Positions 37,224 to 44,217 of a DNA stretch of 64,000 bases are shown here, in pieces. The notes under the pieces were generated by a model. The model was given only the letters and a program-made list of their open reading frames with translations, searched no databases and was not told the origin of the DNA. The number at the start of each line of letters is the position of its first letter. The first letter of the stretch is position 1. Made by a program: the position numbers and the translations under genes. The DNA is from an uncultured Chloroflexia bacterium (GTDB lineage: Bacteria > Chloroflexota > Limnocylindria > Limnocylindrales > CSP1-4): NCBI GenBank assembly GCA_963713975.1, contig OY970218.1, positions 3,136,001 to 3,200,000 of the forward strand, in the 5' to 3' direction.

Positions 37224-37778
37224 CTACTCGCAGGCGAACGGGACGTCTGCAAGGAACGCTTCCAACGCAGCAGTCGTCTCCGTGAGCAGCGCGGTTGCCG
37301 TGACAAGACGCGTGGTGGCCCGCCCGATGAGATCGAAGTCCCTCGCGCTTGCTCCTTGCTCAAGGTCGGACGCAACAGCGCCCCAGGCAGACAGCATCTT
37401 TCGGTGGGTCGCAACAAGATCCGTCGCCGGTCCCCAGCGAGGCACGCCGTCCAGTGCCACTTCGATTGCGTCGACATCCGTCTTCAGGGCAAAGGCCGTA
37501 GTTGCGATGGAATCGAAGTCGGGCTCGTCCGCGCTGAGCGCGGCGCCGACCTTGCCGAAGTCCTCGGCGAAGGGGCCGGCCATCCCATTCAGCGCTTCGC
37601 ACAGCGGGGCCTGGAACCCCTCAGGCCAAGGCTCATCACTGGAACTCACCCCACCAGTCGGCCGCGGGGTGCCTGCGGTCGCAGATACCGTGGGTGGTGG
37701 AGACGCCGCTGGAGCCGCTGTCGAGCAGCCGACAATCAGTCCCACGATCAACAGGCAGAACATCAGGATTGCCCGCAT
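37224..37778 (-). CDS. Putative lipoprotein with Pro/Thr linker and helical domain
   Basis: MRAILMFCLLIVGLIVG-C lipobox; GGAGG RBS. Confidence 0.8.
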   Translation of the reverse strand: MRAILMFCLLIVGLIVGCSTAAPAASPPPTVSATAGTPRPTGGVSSSDEPWPEGFQAPLCEALNGMAGPFAEDFGKVGAALSADEPDFDSIATTAFALKTDVDAIEVALDGVPRWGPATDLVATHRKMLSAWGAVASDLEQGASARDFDLIGRATTRLVTATALLTETTAALEAFLADVPFACE

Positions 37779-37825
37779 ACGCATTCCCTCCAGCTGGGAC
37801 GCACACTCAATCACAATGGCCGAGA

Positions 37826-37860
37826 GTCATCCCGCCGTGAGCTCGTCGGTGTCGCTCTGA
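37826..37860. repeat. Inter-cassette direct repeat copy R2
   Basis: gtcatcccgccgtgagctcgtcggtgtcgctctga. Confidence 0.85.
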
Positions 37861-37865
37861 GTCAG

Positions 37866-38390
37866 CTAGCAGCTGCCCTTACGGGTGATCTTGGTGACGA
37901 GGAATGCGGGCACGGTCGTGTTGCCGCCGATCTGGGTGTCGTAGCTGTACGAGCCGAGGCCAACGACGTTCATCACCACGACATCGTCCTCGACAACGTC
38001 GATGAGGGCGCGCGGCTCACCCGTGAAGTACGCGTTCTCGCCCTGATACCAGTACTTGAGCTTCTTGAAGGAGGCATTGCCCAGGAACGAGTCGTCACCG
38101 GTCGCGGCATCGAACTGGGTGATGCACGCCCAAAGCTGGTAGCCCTTGCCGGTGTAGTCGTCGGGCGCCTTGACGATCTTCTTCCAGTTGCGCTCGGTCA
38201 CCTTCGCGTGCGACTTGGGCAGCGAAATCTCGGGTTCGGGGGTCGTCACCTCCTCGGTGGTCCCTCCGCCGCTGCCCGGGTCCGCCGTCGCGGGCGCCTG
38301 GTTGATCGCAGGTTGCTGTGTCGTCGTTGCTGCTCCCCCGCACGCGCTGACCACCACCAGCGCAACCAGGAGGCCAAGAAGCCGCATCAC
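37866..38390 (-). CDS. Putative lipoprotein with TcdC-like OB-fold domain
   Basis: LVVVSA-C lipobox; WKKIVKAPDDYTGK...ITQF...EDDVV...GSYSYDTQIGGNTTVP pattern. Confidence 0.8.
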   Translation of the reverse strand: MMRLLGLLVALVVVSACGGAATTTQQPAINQAPATADPGSGGGTTEEVTTPEPEISLPKSHAKVTERNWKKIVKAPDDYTGKGYQLWACITQFDAATGDDSFLGNASFKKLKYWYQGENAYFTGEPRALIDVVEDDVVVMNVVGLGSYSYDTQIGGNTTVPAFLVTKITRKGSC

Positions 38391-38455
38391 CGTCCCTCTC
38401 CCTTTGTTCCGTCAGGTTGGCCCGGGTCCGCTCTCCTCACCACGATAGTCCTCAG

Positions 38456-38511
38456 GTCGCCCCGCCGTGAGGTGGTCGGCGTAGCCGAGATCGCTCCGGC
38501 GGCGTGGAGCC
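38456..38511. repeat. Inter-cassette direct repeat copy R3
   Basis: gtcgccccgccgtgaggtggtcggcgtagccgagatcgctccggcggcgtggagcc; aligns to R1/R2 and to R4. Confidence 0.8.
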
Positions 38512-38602
38512 GGGAGCGTTGCGCCGTGACCGGTTTCCCTCACACGGGAGTGAGCCAAGCGCTAGGCTCGGCTAGACGGAGCAACCAACGAGGGTGCAAC
38601 TC

Positions 38603-40006
38603 ATGGCGGTCGCGAAGCCAGCTCCAAGGTCTGCCGCGAAAGTGCCACCCAAGCCAGAGGAATTGTGGCAACCCGCGAGGCTCATTCCGACCACTGGGAT
38701 CGGTGGTCAGGACGAGCAGGAGCAACGGGCTACCTCCTCGCTCCTCGCCGTGATCAAGGCTGTACCCCAGTTCGGGCGGGCGATCACGGCGCATCTGGGC
38801 GCACCGGCCGGTCGGATCGAGACCTACACGGAGGTCCGTTTCCAGGACGCCGACAACAAGACGGTGATCCCCGACGGGGCGATCGTGGTGGAGCGCGGGA
38901 AGACGCGTTGGGTCTGTCTCGTCGAGGTGAAGACCGGCGGCGCACCGCTCCAGGCCGGGCAGATCGAGCGGTACCTCGACATCGCGAAGGTCCACGGGTT
39001 CGACGCCCTGCTCACGATCAGCAACCAGATCGCCTCGTCGCCGACGGAAAGCCCGGTAGCGGTCGATGCCCGCAAACTGAAGCGCGTGTCGCTCTATCAC
39101 ATCTCGTGGTGGCGAGTGATGACCATCGCTCGGGTATGGCACCAGCATCGAGGCATCGCTGACACGGACCAGGCATGGATCCTCGGCGAGCTCATCGCCT
39201 ACCTCGACCACGAGCGCGCTGGCGCCGGCGGCTTCGAGGATATGGGAGCGTCCTGGGTCGCCGTTCGCGACGGTGCGCGCCAACTGACCCTGCGAGCACC
39301 CGACAAGGACGTCCGAGACGTGGCCTCGCGCTGGGAGCAATTCGTCCAGTACCTCGCCTTGGGCCTGTGTCAGGACCTCGGCCGGGACGTCGATCCCGTC
39401 TGGCCTCGCAACCTCGACGTTGGTGCTCGCCGGGATCTGATCGTGAGAAACCTTGTCGAGAGCGGTCGGCTGGAGGCAACCGTTCGGGTCCCGGATGCAG
39501 CTGCGCCAATCGACCTTGCGGCCGACCTCCGCACGCGCTTGTTCACGACGAGCGTCGAGTTGGCCGCACCCCGAGATGGACGACCGAGGACCCGAGTCTC
39601 GTGGCTCCTCCGGCAGCTCCGCGACACCAACGACGCGCTTCGGATCGACGCCCGGTACCCGAATGTCAAGGAATCGGTCACGGTGATGCTGAAGGATGCC
39701 CGGGAACAGCCGGACCGGCTCCTCTACGCTCAGGATCCGAAGCGGGAGCCACGAGCGTTCCGGGTTTCGCTGTCCCGCGAGCTCGGTACGAAGCGCGGCA
39801 AGAATCAGGGCAGCTTCGTAAACGAGAGCAAGAAGCAGGCGCTCGATTTCTACCGGGAGGTCGTCCAGGGGCTCCGTGCTTGGAGCCCCAGCGCTCCTCG
39901 CTTGCCAGAGCAGAGTGCGGACAGCTCACCCCTAGCGTCTCCCGACCCGCCTAGCTTTGGCGACGGCGAGCGCGACTTCGGCGAGGCTACGCAGCCCGAG
40001 GGCTGA
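38603..40006 (+). CDS. Standalone PD-(D/E)XK nuclease-like protein (family often labelled 'stress response protein', sometimes TerD-fused)
   Basis: ARLIP...EQEQRATS.LLAV, PDGAI...LVEVKTG...QIERYLDIA...DALLTISNQ; GAGGG RBS; TAGGCT -10 at 38563-38568. Confidence 0.8.
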   Translation: MAVAKPAPRSAAKVPPKPEELWQPARLIPTTGIGGQDEQEQRATSSLLAVIKAVPQFGRAITAHLGAPAGRIETYTEVRFQDADNKTVIPDGAIVVERGKTRWVCLVEVKTGGAPLQAGQIERYLDIAKVHGFDALLTISNQIASSPTESPVAVDARKLKRVSLYHISWWRVMTIARVWHQHRGIADTDQAWILGELIAYLDHERAGAGGFEDMGASWVAVRDGARQLTLRAPDKDVRDVASRWEQFVQYLALGLCQDLGRDVDPVWPRNLDVGARRDLIVRNLVESGRLEATVRVPDAAAPIDLAADLRTRLFTTSVELAAPRDGRPRTRVSWLLRQLRDTNDALRIDARYPNVKESVTVMLKDAREQPDRLLYAQDPKREPRAFRVSLSRELGTKRGKNQGSFVNESKKQALDFYREVVQGLRAWSPSAPRLPEQSADSSPLASPDPPSFGDGERDFGEATQPEG

Positions 40007-40091
40007 AGCACGGTGCACCAAGCCCGATAGACCGCCAGGCGCCCCCCCCGGCCGCCCCCCGGTCGGGGGGCCTCACCGATGACGGAGGTAG

Positions 40092-40245
40092 ATGGTGCCA
40101 CCCGCCAGGCTGGCCGACGCAGCCGAGTTCAGCTCGCCAGGATGTGGAGCCATTGATCGCAGCACCTCGACTCGGACAACACCGCGCCCGAGTACCCGGA
40201 ATTCCCTTCCGGCCTATGCGCGGCCGATGCGGCCCGTGGATGGAA
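40092..40245 (+). pseudogene. Degenerate AlpA/excisionase-like HTH gene remnant containing repeat copy R4 (40101-40151)
   Basis: GGAGGT RBS, MVPPARLADAAEF..., later YPEFP.. and GP/W-like codons in shifted frames; nucleotide similarity to R3. Confidence 0.4.
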
Positions 40246-40248
40246 GTC

Positions 40249-40283
40249 AGAAGCCCCCGGCCGTATTGGCCGAGGGCTTCTTT
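40249..40283. terminator. Hairpin terminator downstream of tRNA-Phe-Gly-Gln-Cys operon
   Basis: agaagcccccggcc-gtatt-ggccgagggcttcttt. Confidence 0.7.
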
Positions 40284-40292
40284 GCGCTCAGT

Positions 40293-40369
40293 TGGAGGCG
40301 ACGATCGGATTCGAACCGATGAATAGAGGTTTTGCAGACCTCCGTGTTGAGCCACTTCACCACGTCGCC
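40293..40369 (-). tRNA. tRNA-Cys(GCA)
   Basis: GGCGACG...GAGGT-CTGCAAA-ACCTC...GTTCGAATCC...CCA. Confidence 0.96.
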
Positions 40370-40409
40370 CCGTGGCGCCGGTCCATTCGCCGGCGGGCGG
40401 TTGTCAGAT

Positions 40410-40483
40410 TGGCTGCCCCTCGAGGATTCGAACCTCGGCTAACGGATCCAAAGTCCGCTGTCCTACCACTAGACGAAGGGGCA
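40410..40483 (-). tRNA. tRNA-Gln(TTG)
   Basis: TGCCCCT...CGGA-CTTTGGA-TCCG...GTTCGAATCC...CCA. Confidence 0.96.
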
Positions 40484-40518
40484 GCGGGACCGGGTCTGGT
40501 GCTCGATATGGGGAGGAA

Positions 40519-40594
40519 TGGAGCGGAAGACGGGGTTCGAACCCGCGACCTCAACCTTGGCAAGGTTGCGCTCTACCAACTGAGCCACTTCCGC
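40519..40594 (-). tRNA. tRNA-Gly(GCC)
   Basis: GCGGAAG...CAACC-TTGCCAA-GGTTG...CCA. Confidence 0.97.
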
Positions 40595-40613
40595 TCGATG
40601 ACCGACCAGGTGA

Positions 40614-40689
40614 TGGTGCCGAGAGCCAGATTCGAACTGGCGACACCGCGATTTTCAGTCGCGTGCTCTACCAACTGAGCTATCTCGGC
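40614..40689 (-). tRNA. tRNA-Phe(GAA)
   Basis: GCCGAGA...CGCGA-CTGAAAA-TCGCG...CCA; TGcTATTCT -10 at ~40729-40737. Confidence 0.97.
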
Positions 40690-40760
40690 CCGTTCCCGGG
40701 TCCCCGTGGGGCCCCGTCGGCGCGCCGGAGAATAGCACGGGACCCGAACGGGGGGCAACC

Positions 40761-41789
40761 TCAGCGACCCGGCGGAGGCGGCGGTCCGGGGGCGCGCGAC
40801 AGCGCTGCCTGGGCCCCCGGATCCAGCACCATGGCCGGGTCCGTAACCGGGGGCTGGCCGCTGAGCGCCCGCAGGCGGTTGATCCGGTCGAGCGCCGGCG
40901 GATGGGTCGAGAACAGCGCGCGGGACGACCCGGTGGCCGCCTTGATGGGGTTCTCGAAGTAGAGGTGCTGCGTGGCGCGGTTGGCCACCTCGAGAGGCTC
41001 CGTGTCCAGCGCGATCTTGGCCAGGGCCCGCTCCAGCCCGTACGGGTTCCGGGTGAGCTCCACGCCCGACGCGTCGGCGAGGTACTCGCGCTGCCGGCTG
41101 ACCGCCATCTGCACCAGGCGCGCCATGATCGGTGCCAGGATGGCCAGGGCGAGGGCGAGCAGCATGATCACCACCTGCACTCCCCCACCCCCGGAGTCCG
41201 ACGACCCGCGGCGGCTGCGGCGGCCCATGCCGCCGAACATCGAGAAGCGCAGGAAGAAGTCCGCCAGGAGCGCGATCGAGCCGACCAGCACGCCCACCAT
41301 CAGCGAGAAGCGGATGTCGAAGTTCCGCACATGCGAGAGCTCGTGGGCGAGGACACCCTGTAGCTCCTCGCGGTCCAGCTTCTGCAGCAGCCCGATCGTC
41401 ATCGCCACCGACGCGTGCTTGGGATCCCGGCCCGTGGCGAACGCGTTGGGCGCCGTATCGTCGATGAGGTAGACCTTGGGCATCGGCACGTTGGCCGCCA
41501 GGGCCATCTCCTGGACCACGTTGACCAGCTGCGGCTGGTCCGCGGCCGTGACCTCGCGCGCCCCGGAGGTCCTGAGCACGAGCGCATCGCCGCCGAAGTA
41601 CGAGAACAGGGCTGCCCCAAAACCGACAGCGATCGCGATCGCCATCGAGGGCAGGGCGGCCCGTGGGTCGCCCGTGACTGCCCAGCCGATCAGCAGGCCG
41701 AGCAGCCCGAGGAGGACCACGACCACCAGGGCCAACAGCACGGAGTTCCGCTTGTTGGCCCCGATCTGGGAGTAGAAGGTTGCCGCCAT
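40761..41789 (-). CDS. htpX: M48 family zinc metalloprotease HtpX
   Basis: PNAFATG, AHELSH, SRQREYLAD, FSTHPP. Confidence 0.93.
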   Translation of the reverse strand: MAATFYSQIGANKRNSVLLALVVVVLLGLLGLLIGWAVTGDPRAALPSMAIAIAVGFGAALFSYFGGDALVLRTSGAREVTAADQPQLVNVVQEMALAANVPMPKVYLIDDTAPNAFATGRDPKHASVAMTIGLLQKLDREELQGVLAHELSHVRNFDIRFSLMVGVLVGSIALLADFFLRFSMFGGMGRRSRRGSSDSGGGGVQVVIMLLALALAILAPIMARLVQMAVSRQREYLADASGVELTRNPYGLERALAKIALDTEPLEVANRATQHLYFENPIKAATGSSRALFSTHPPALDRINRLRALSGQPPVTDPAMVLDPGAQAALSRAPGPPPPPGR

Positions 41790-41822
41790 GTCGCGTCAGG
41801 CAGGGCCGATGTGCGACCCGCC

Positions 41823-42386
41823 TCAGTTCAGCGTGAGATCCACGTTCGGGACCTGGCTGGCCTCCGGCTCAGCATCGAAGAACTCGCGCTTCGTGAAGCC
41901 CAGCGGGCCCGCGATGATCACGCTCGGGATGGTCTGGATCGTGTTGTTGTAGTCCAGCACGGTGGCGTTGTAGTGCTGGCGGGAGAAGCTGATCTGGTTC
42001 TCGGTCGTCGTGAGCTCCTCCTGGAGCTGCATGACGTTCTGGTTGGCCTTGAGATCCGGGTAGTTCTCCACCACCGCGAACAGCGAGCGCAGCGCGCCGG
42101 TCAACATGTTCTCGGCGGCAGCCTGGCCGGCGGGACCCTGCGCCCCGGCCGCGACCGCGTTGGCACGCGCCTCGGTGACCCGGGTCAGGACGTCCTGCTC
42201 GAACCCCATGTAGCCCTTCACGGCCTGGACGAGGTTCGGGATCAGGTCGTGCCGGCGCTTCAGCTGGACCTCGATCTGGCCCAGCGCCTCGTCGATCCGG
42301 TTGCGCCGGGTGACGAGCCCGTTATAGATCCCTACGAGGATCACGACGATGACGACAATGATCCCGACGATGATCAGCAGTTCCAT
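41823..42386 (-). CDS. lemA: LemA family protein
   Basis: YNGLV...QLKRRHDLIPNLV...ENYPDLKAN...TENQISFSRQHYN; GGAGG RBS before ATG 42386. Confidence 0.95.
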   Translation of the reverse strand: MELLIIVGIIVVIVVILVGIYNGLVTRRNRIDEALGQIEVQLKRRHDLIPNLVQAVKGYMGFEQDVLTRVTEARANAVAAGAQGPAGQAAAENMLTGALRSLFAVVENYPDLKANQNVMQLQEELTTTENQISFSRQHYNATVLDYNNTIQTIPSVIIAGPLGFTKREFFDAEPEASQVPNVDLTLN

Positions 42387-42510
42387 GCGGCCTCCTCGAG
42401 TGCACGGGCGCACGCCCCGAGCGACCAGCATAGCGCGGCGGTCAGGCAGGTCGCACCTGATCGGCGGCCGCAGCGACGCGGGGCGTGCGCGGGATTGGCG
42501 CGCCCGGAGG

Positions 42511-43826
42511 TGTCTGAGTTCACGACATAGGTGACACCTGATAGGGCACACATGAGTCGGGACATGCGTGACAGTCCGCCGCATGTCGAAGCACCGCGTG
42601 TCCGTCCTCAAGGTCGTCTCTGGGCAGCTGTCCGTCACCGCCGCCGCAGCGGAGTGCCACCTCTCCCGGGGCCATCTACAGCGGCTCCTCGCCAGGTACC
42701 GGGAGGCCGGCCTCGACGGCCTGGAGCCCCGGTCCCGTCGGCCGCGGACGAGCCCCCATGCGGTGCCCGACGGCGTCCGTGCCCGGATCACCGCGCTGCG
42801 GACGGAGCTTGCCGGGCGGGGTCTCGACGCCGGTCCTGCCACCATCGCCTGGCACCTGGAGCGCGAGGGCCTGACGGTGCCCTCGACCTCCACGATCCGC
42901 CGGGTCCTCCACGCCGCGGGCCTCGTCGTGCCCGAGCCGCACAAGCGGCCCCGGAGCTCCTGGATCCGCTTCGAGGCGGCCGCGCCCAACGGGGTCTGGC
43001 AGGCGGACTTCACCCACTGGCGGCTCGCCGACGGGAGCGGGGTCGAGATCGCGAGCTGGCTCGACGACCACTCCCGCTTCCTGCTCGGGTGCACGGTGTT
43101 CCGCCGGGTCAGCGGCGACGACGTGGTCGCGACCTTCACCGCCGCCGGCGACGAGCACGGCTGGCCCGCCGCCACGCTCACCGACAACGGGACCGTGTAC
43201 ACCGCCCGGCTGGTCGGAGGTCGCAACGGCCTCGAGCACCTGCTCGCGTACCTCGGCATCCGCCAGAAGAACGGGGCTCCTGGCCACCCCCAGACCCAGG
43301 GGAAGGTCGAGCGCTTCCACCAGACCCTCAAGCGCTGGCTGGCACGGCAGCCACGCGCGCGGACCCTCGCGGCGCTCCAGGCCCAGCTCGACGCCTTCCG
43401 CGACGTCTACAACGAGCAGCGGCCCCACCGGGCGATCGGCCGGCGGACACCCGGCGAGGCGTACCGGGCGATCCCGAAGGACCGGCCATCGGCCCCCGCC
43501 GGCCGCGGCCACTTCCGCCTGCGCTACGACACCACCGATGCCAAGGGTGCCATGACCCTGCGCCGGGCAGGGCGCCTTCACCACCTCAAGGTCGGCCAGG
43601 CCCACGCCCGCACCAAGGTGCTCGCGATCGTGGACGAGCAGGCGGTCACGGTCGTCGCCCTCCACACGGGCGAGATCCTGTCGGCCCATCGCATCGAGCC
43701 CGACAAGGGCTACTGGCGCAACACGCGGAGAGACCCCGGCCGATGGCCGGGGTCTCAGGCGACCGGGTGACTCCATGTGTCGCATATGTCGCGACTCATG
43801 TGTCGCACATGTCGCGACTCATGACA
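42511..43826 (+). mobile_element. IS481-family insertion sequence
   Basis: TGT...ACA ends; ~26-bp imperfect terminal inverted repeats; two 23-bp tandem repeats at right end (43774-43819). Confidence 0.9.
42583..43770 (+). CDS. IS481-family DDE transposase
   Basis: N-terminal HTH, WQADF, DDHSR, TDNG, PQTQGKVERFHQTLK, YNEQRPH. Confidence 0.96.
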   Translation: MSKHRVSVLKVVSGQLSVTAAAAECHLSRGHLQRLLARYREAGLDGLEPRSRRPRTSPHAVPDGVRARITALRTELAGRGLDAGPATIAWHLEREGLTVPSTSTIRRVLHAAGLVVPEPHKRPRSSWIRFEAAAPNGVWQADFTHWRLADGSGVEIASWLDDHSRFLLGCTVFRRVSGDDVVATFTAAGDEHGWPAATLTDNGTVYTARLVGGRNGLEHLLAYLGIRQKNGAPGHPQTQGKVERFHQTLKRWLARQPRARTLAALQAQLDAFRDVYNEQRPHRAIGRRTPGEAYRAIPKDRPSAPAGRGHFRLRYDTTDAKGAMTLRRAGRLHHLKVGQAHARTKVLAIVDEQAVTVVALHTGEILSAHRIEPDKGYWRNTRRDPGRWPGSQATG

Positions 43827-43827
43827 T

Positions 43828-43904
<77 letters not shown>

Positions 43905-43977
43905 GGAGGCCGCCGCTTGACGGTGCCGAAAACACGAGCGGGCGGCCGTCGGGCCGCCCGCTTGAGGGTCAGGAGAG

Positions 43978-44062
43978 TGGTGCCCAGGCCGGGACTTGAA
44001 CCCGGATGAGTTGCCTCATACGCCCCTCAAACGTACGCGTATACCAATTCCGCCACCTGGGC
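43978..44062 (-). tRNA. tRNA-Leu(GAG)
   Basis: GCCCAGG...TACGT-TTGAGGG-GCGTA, variable arm, CCA. Confidence 0.95.
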
Positions 44063-44104
44063 AAGAGCACCGGCGCCTGCGTCGGAGATCCCGGGACGGG
44101 GACC

Positions 44105-44190
44105 TGGTACCGAGGGAGGGAGTCGAACCCACACGACCTTGCGGCCACTGGTACCTGAAACCAGCGCGTCTACCATTCCGCCACCTCGGC
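44105..44190 (-). tRNA. tRNA-Leu(CAG)
   Basis: GCCGAGG...CTGGT-TTCAGGT-ACCAG, variable arm, CCA. Confidence 0.96.
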
Positions 44191-44217
44191 CCGACCCAAA
44201 ACGGCTCACCCGAAGGA

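Noticed and set aside
37186-40151. CRISPR array interpretation of R1-R4
   Set aside because: Spacing is 630-1640 bp and contains whole genes; repeats are degenerate; no cas genes.
37186-40151. Classical integron attC sites
   Set aside because: No RYYYAAC/GTTRRRY boxes or long imperfect palindromes, and no IntI in the window.
40292-40962. ORFs overlapping the tRNA cluster (also 43996-44389)
   Set aside because: Translations of tRNA genes, not proteins.
41823-43331. 502-aa ORF extending lemA through the IS
   Set aside because: The N-terminal part is just the antisense frame of the transposase; lemA has its own RBS and ATG at 42386.
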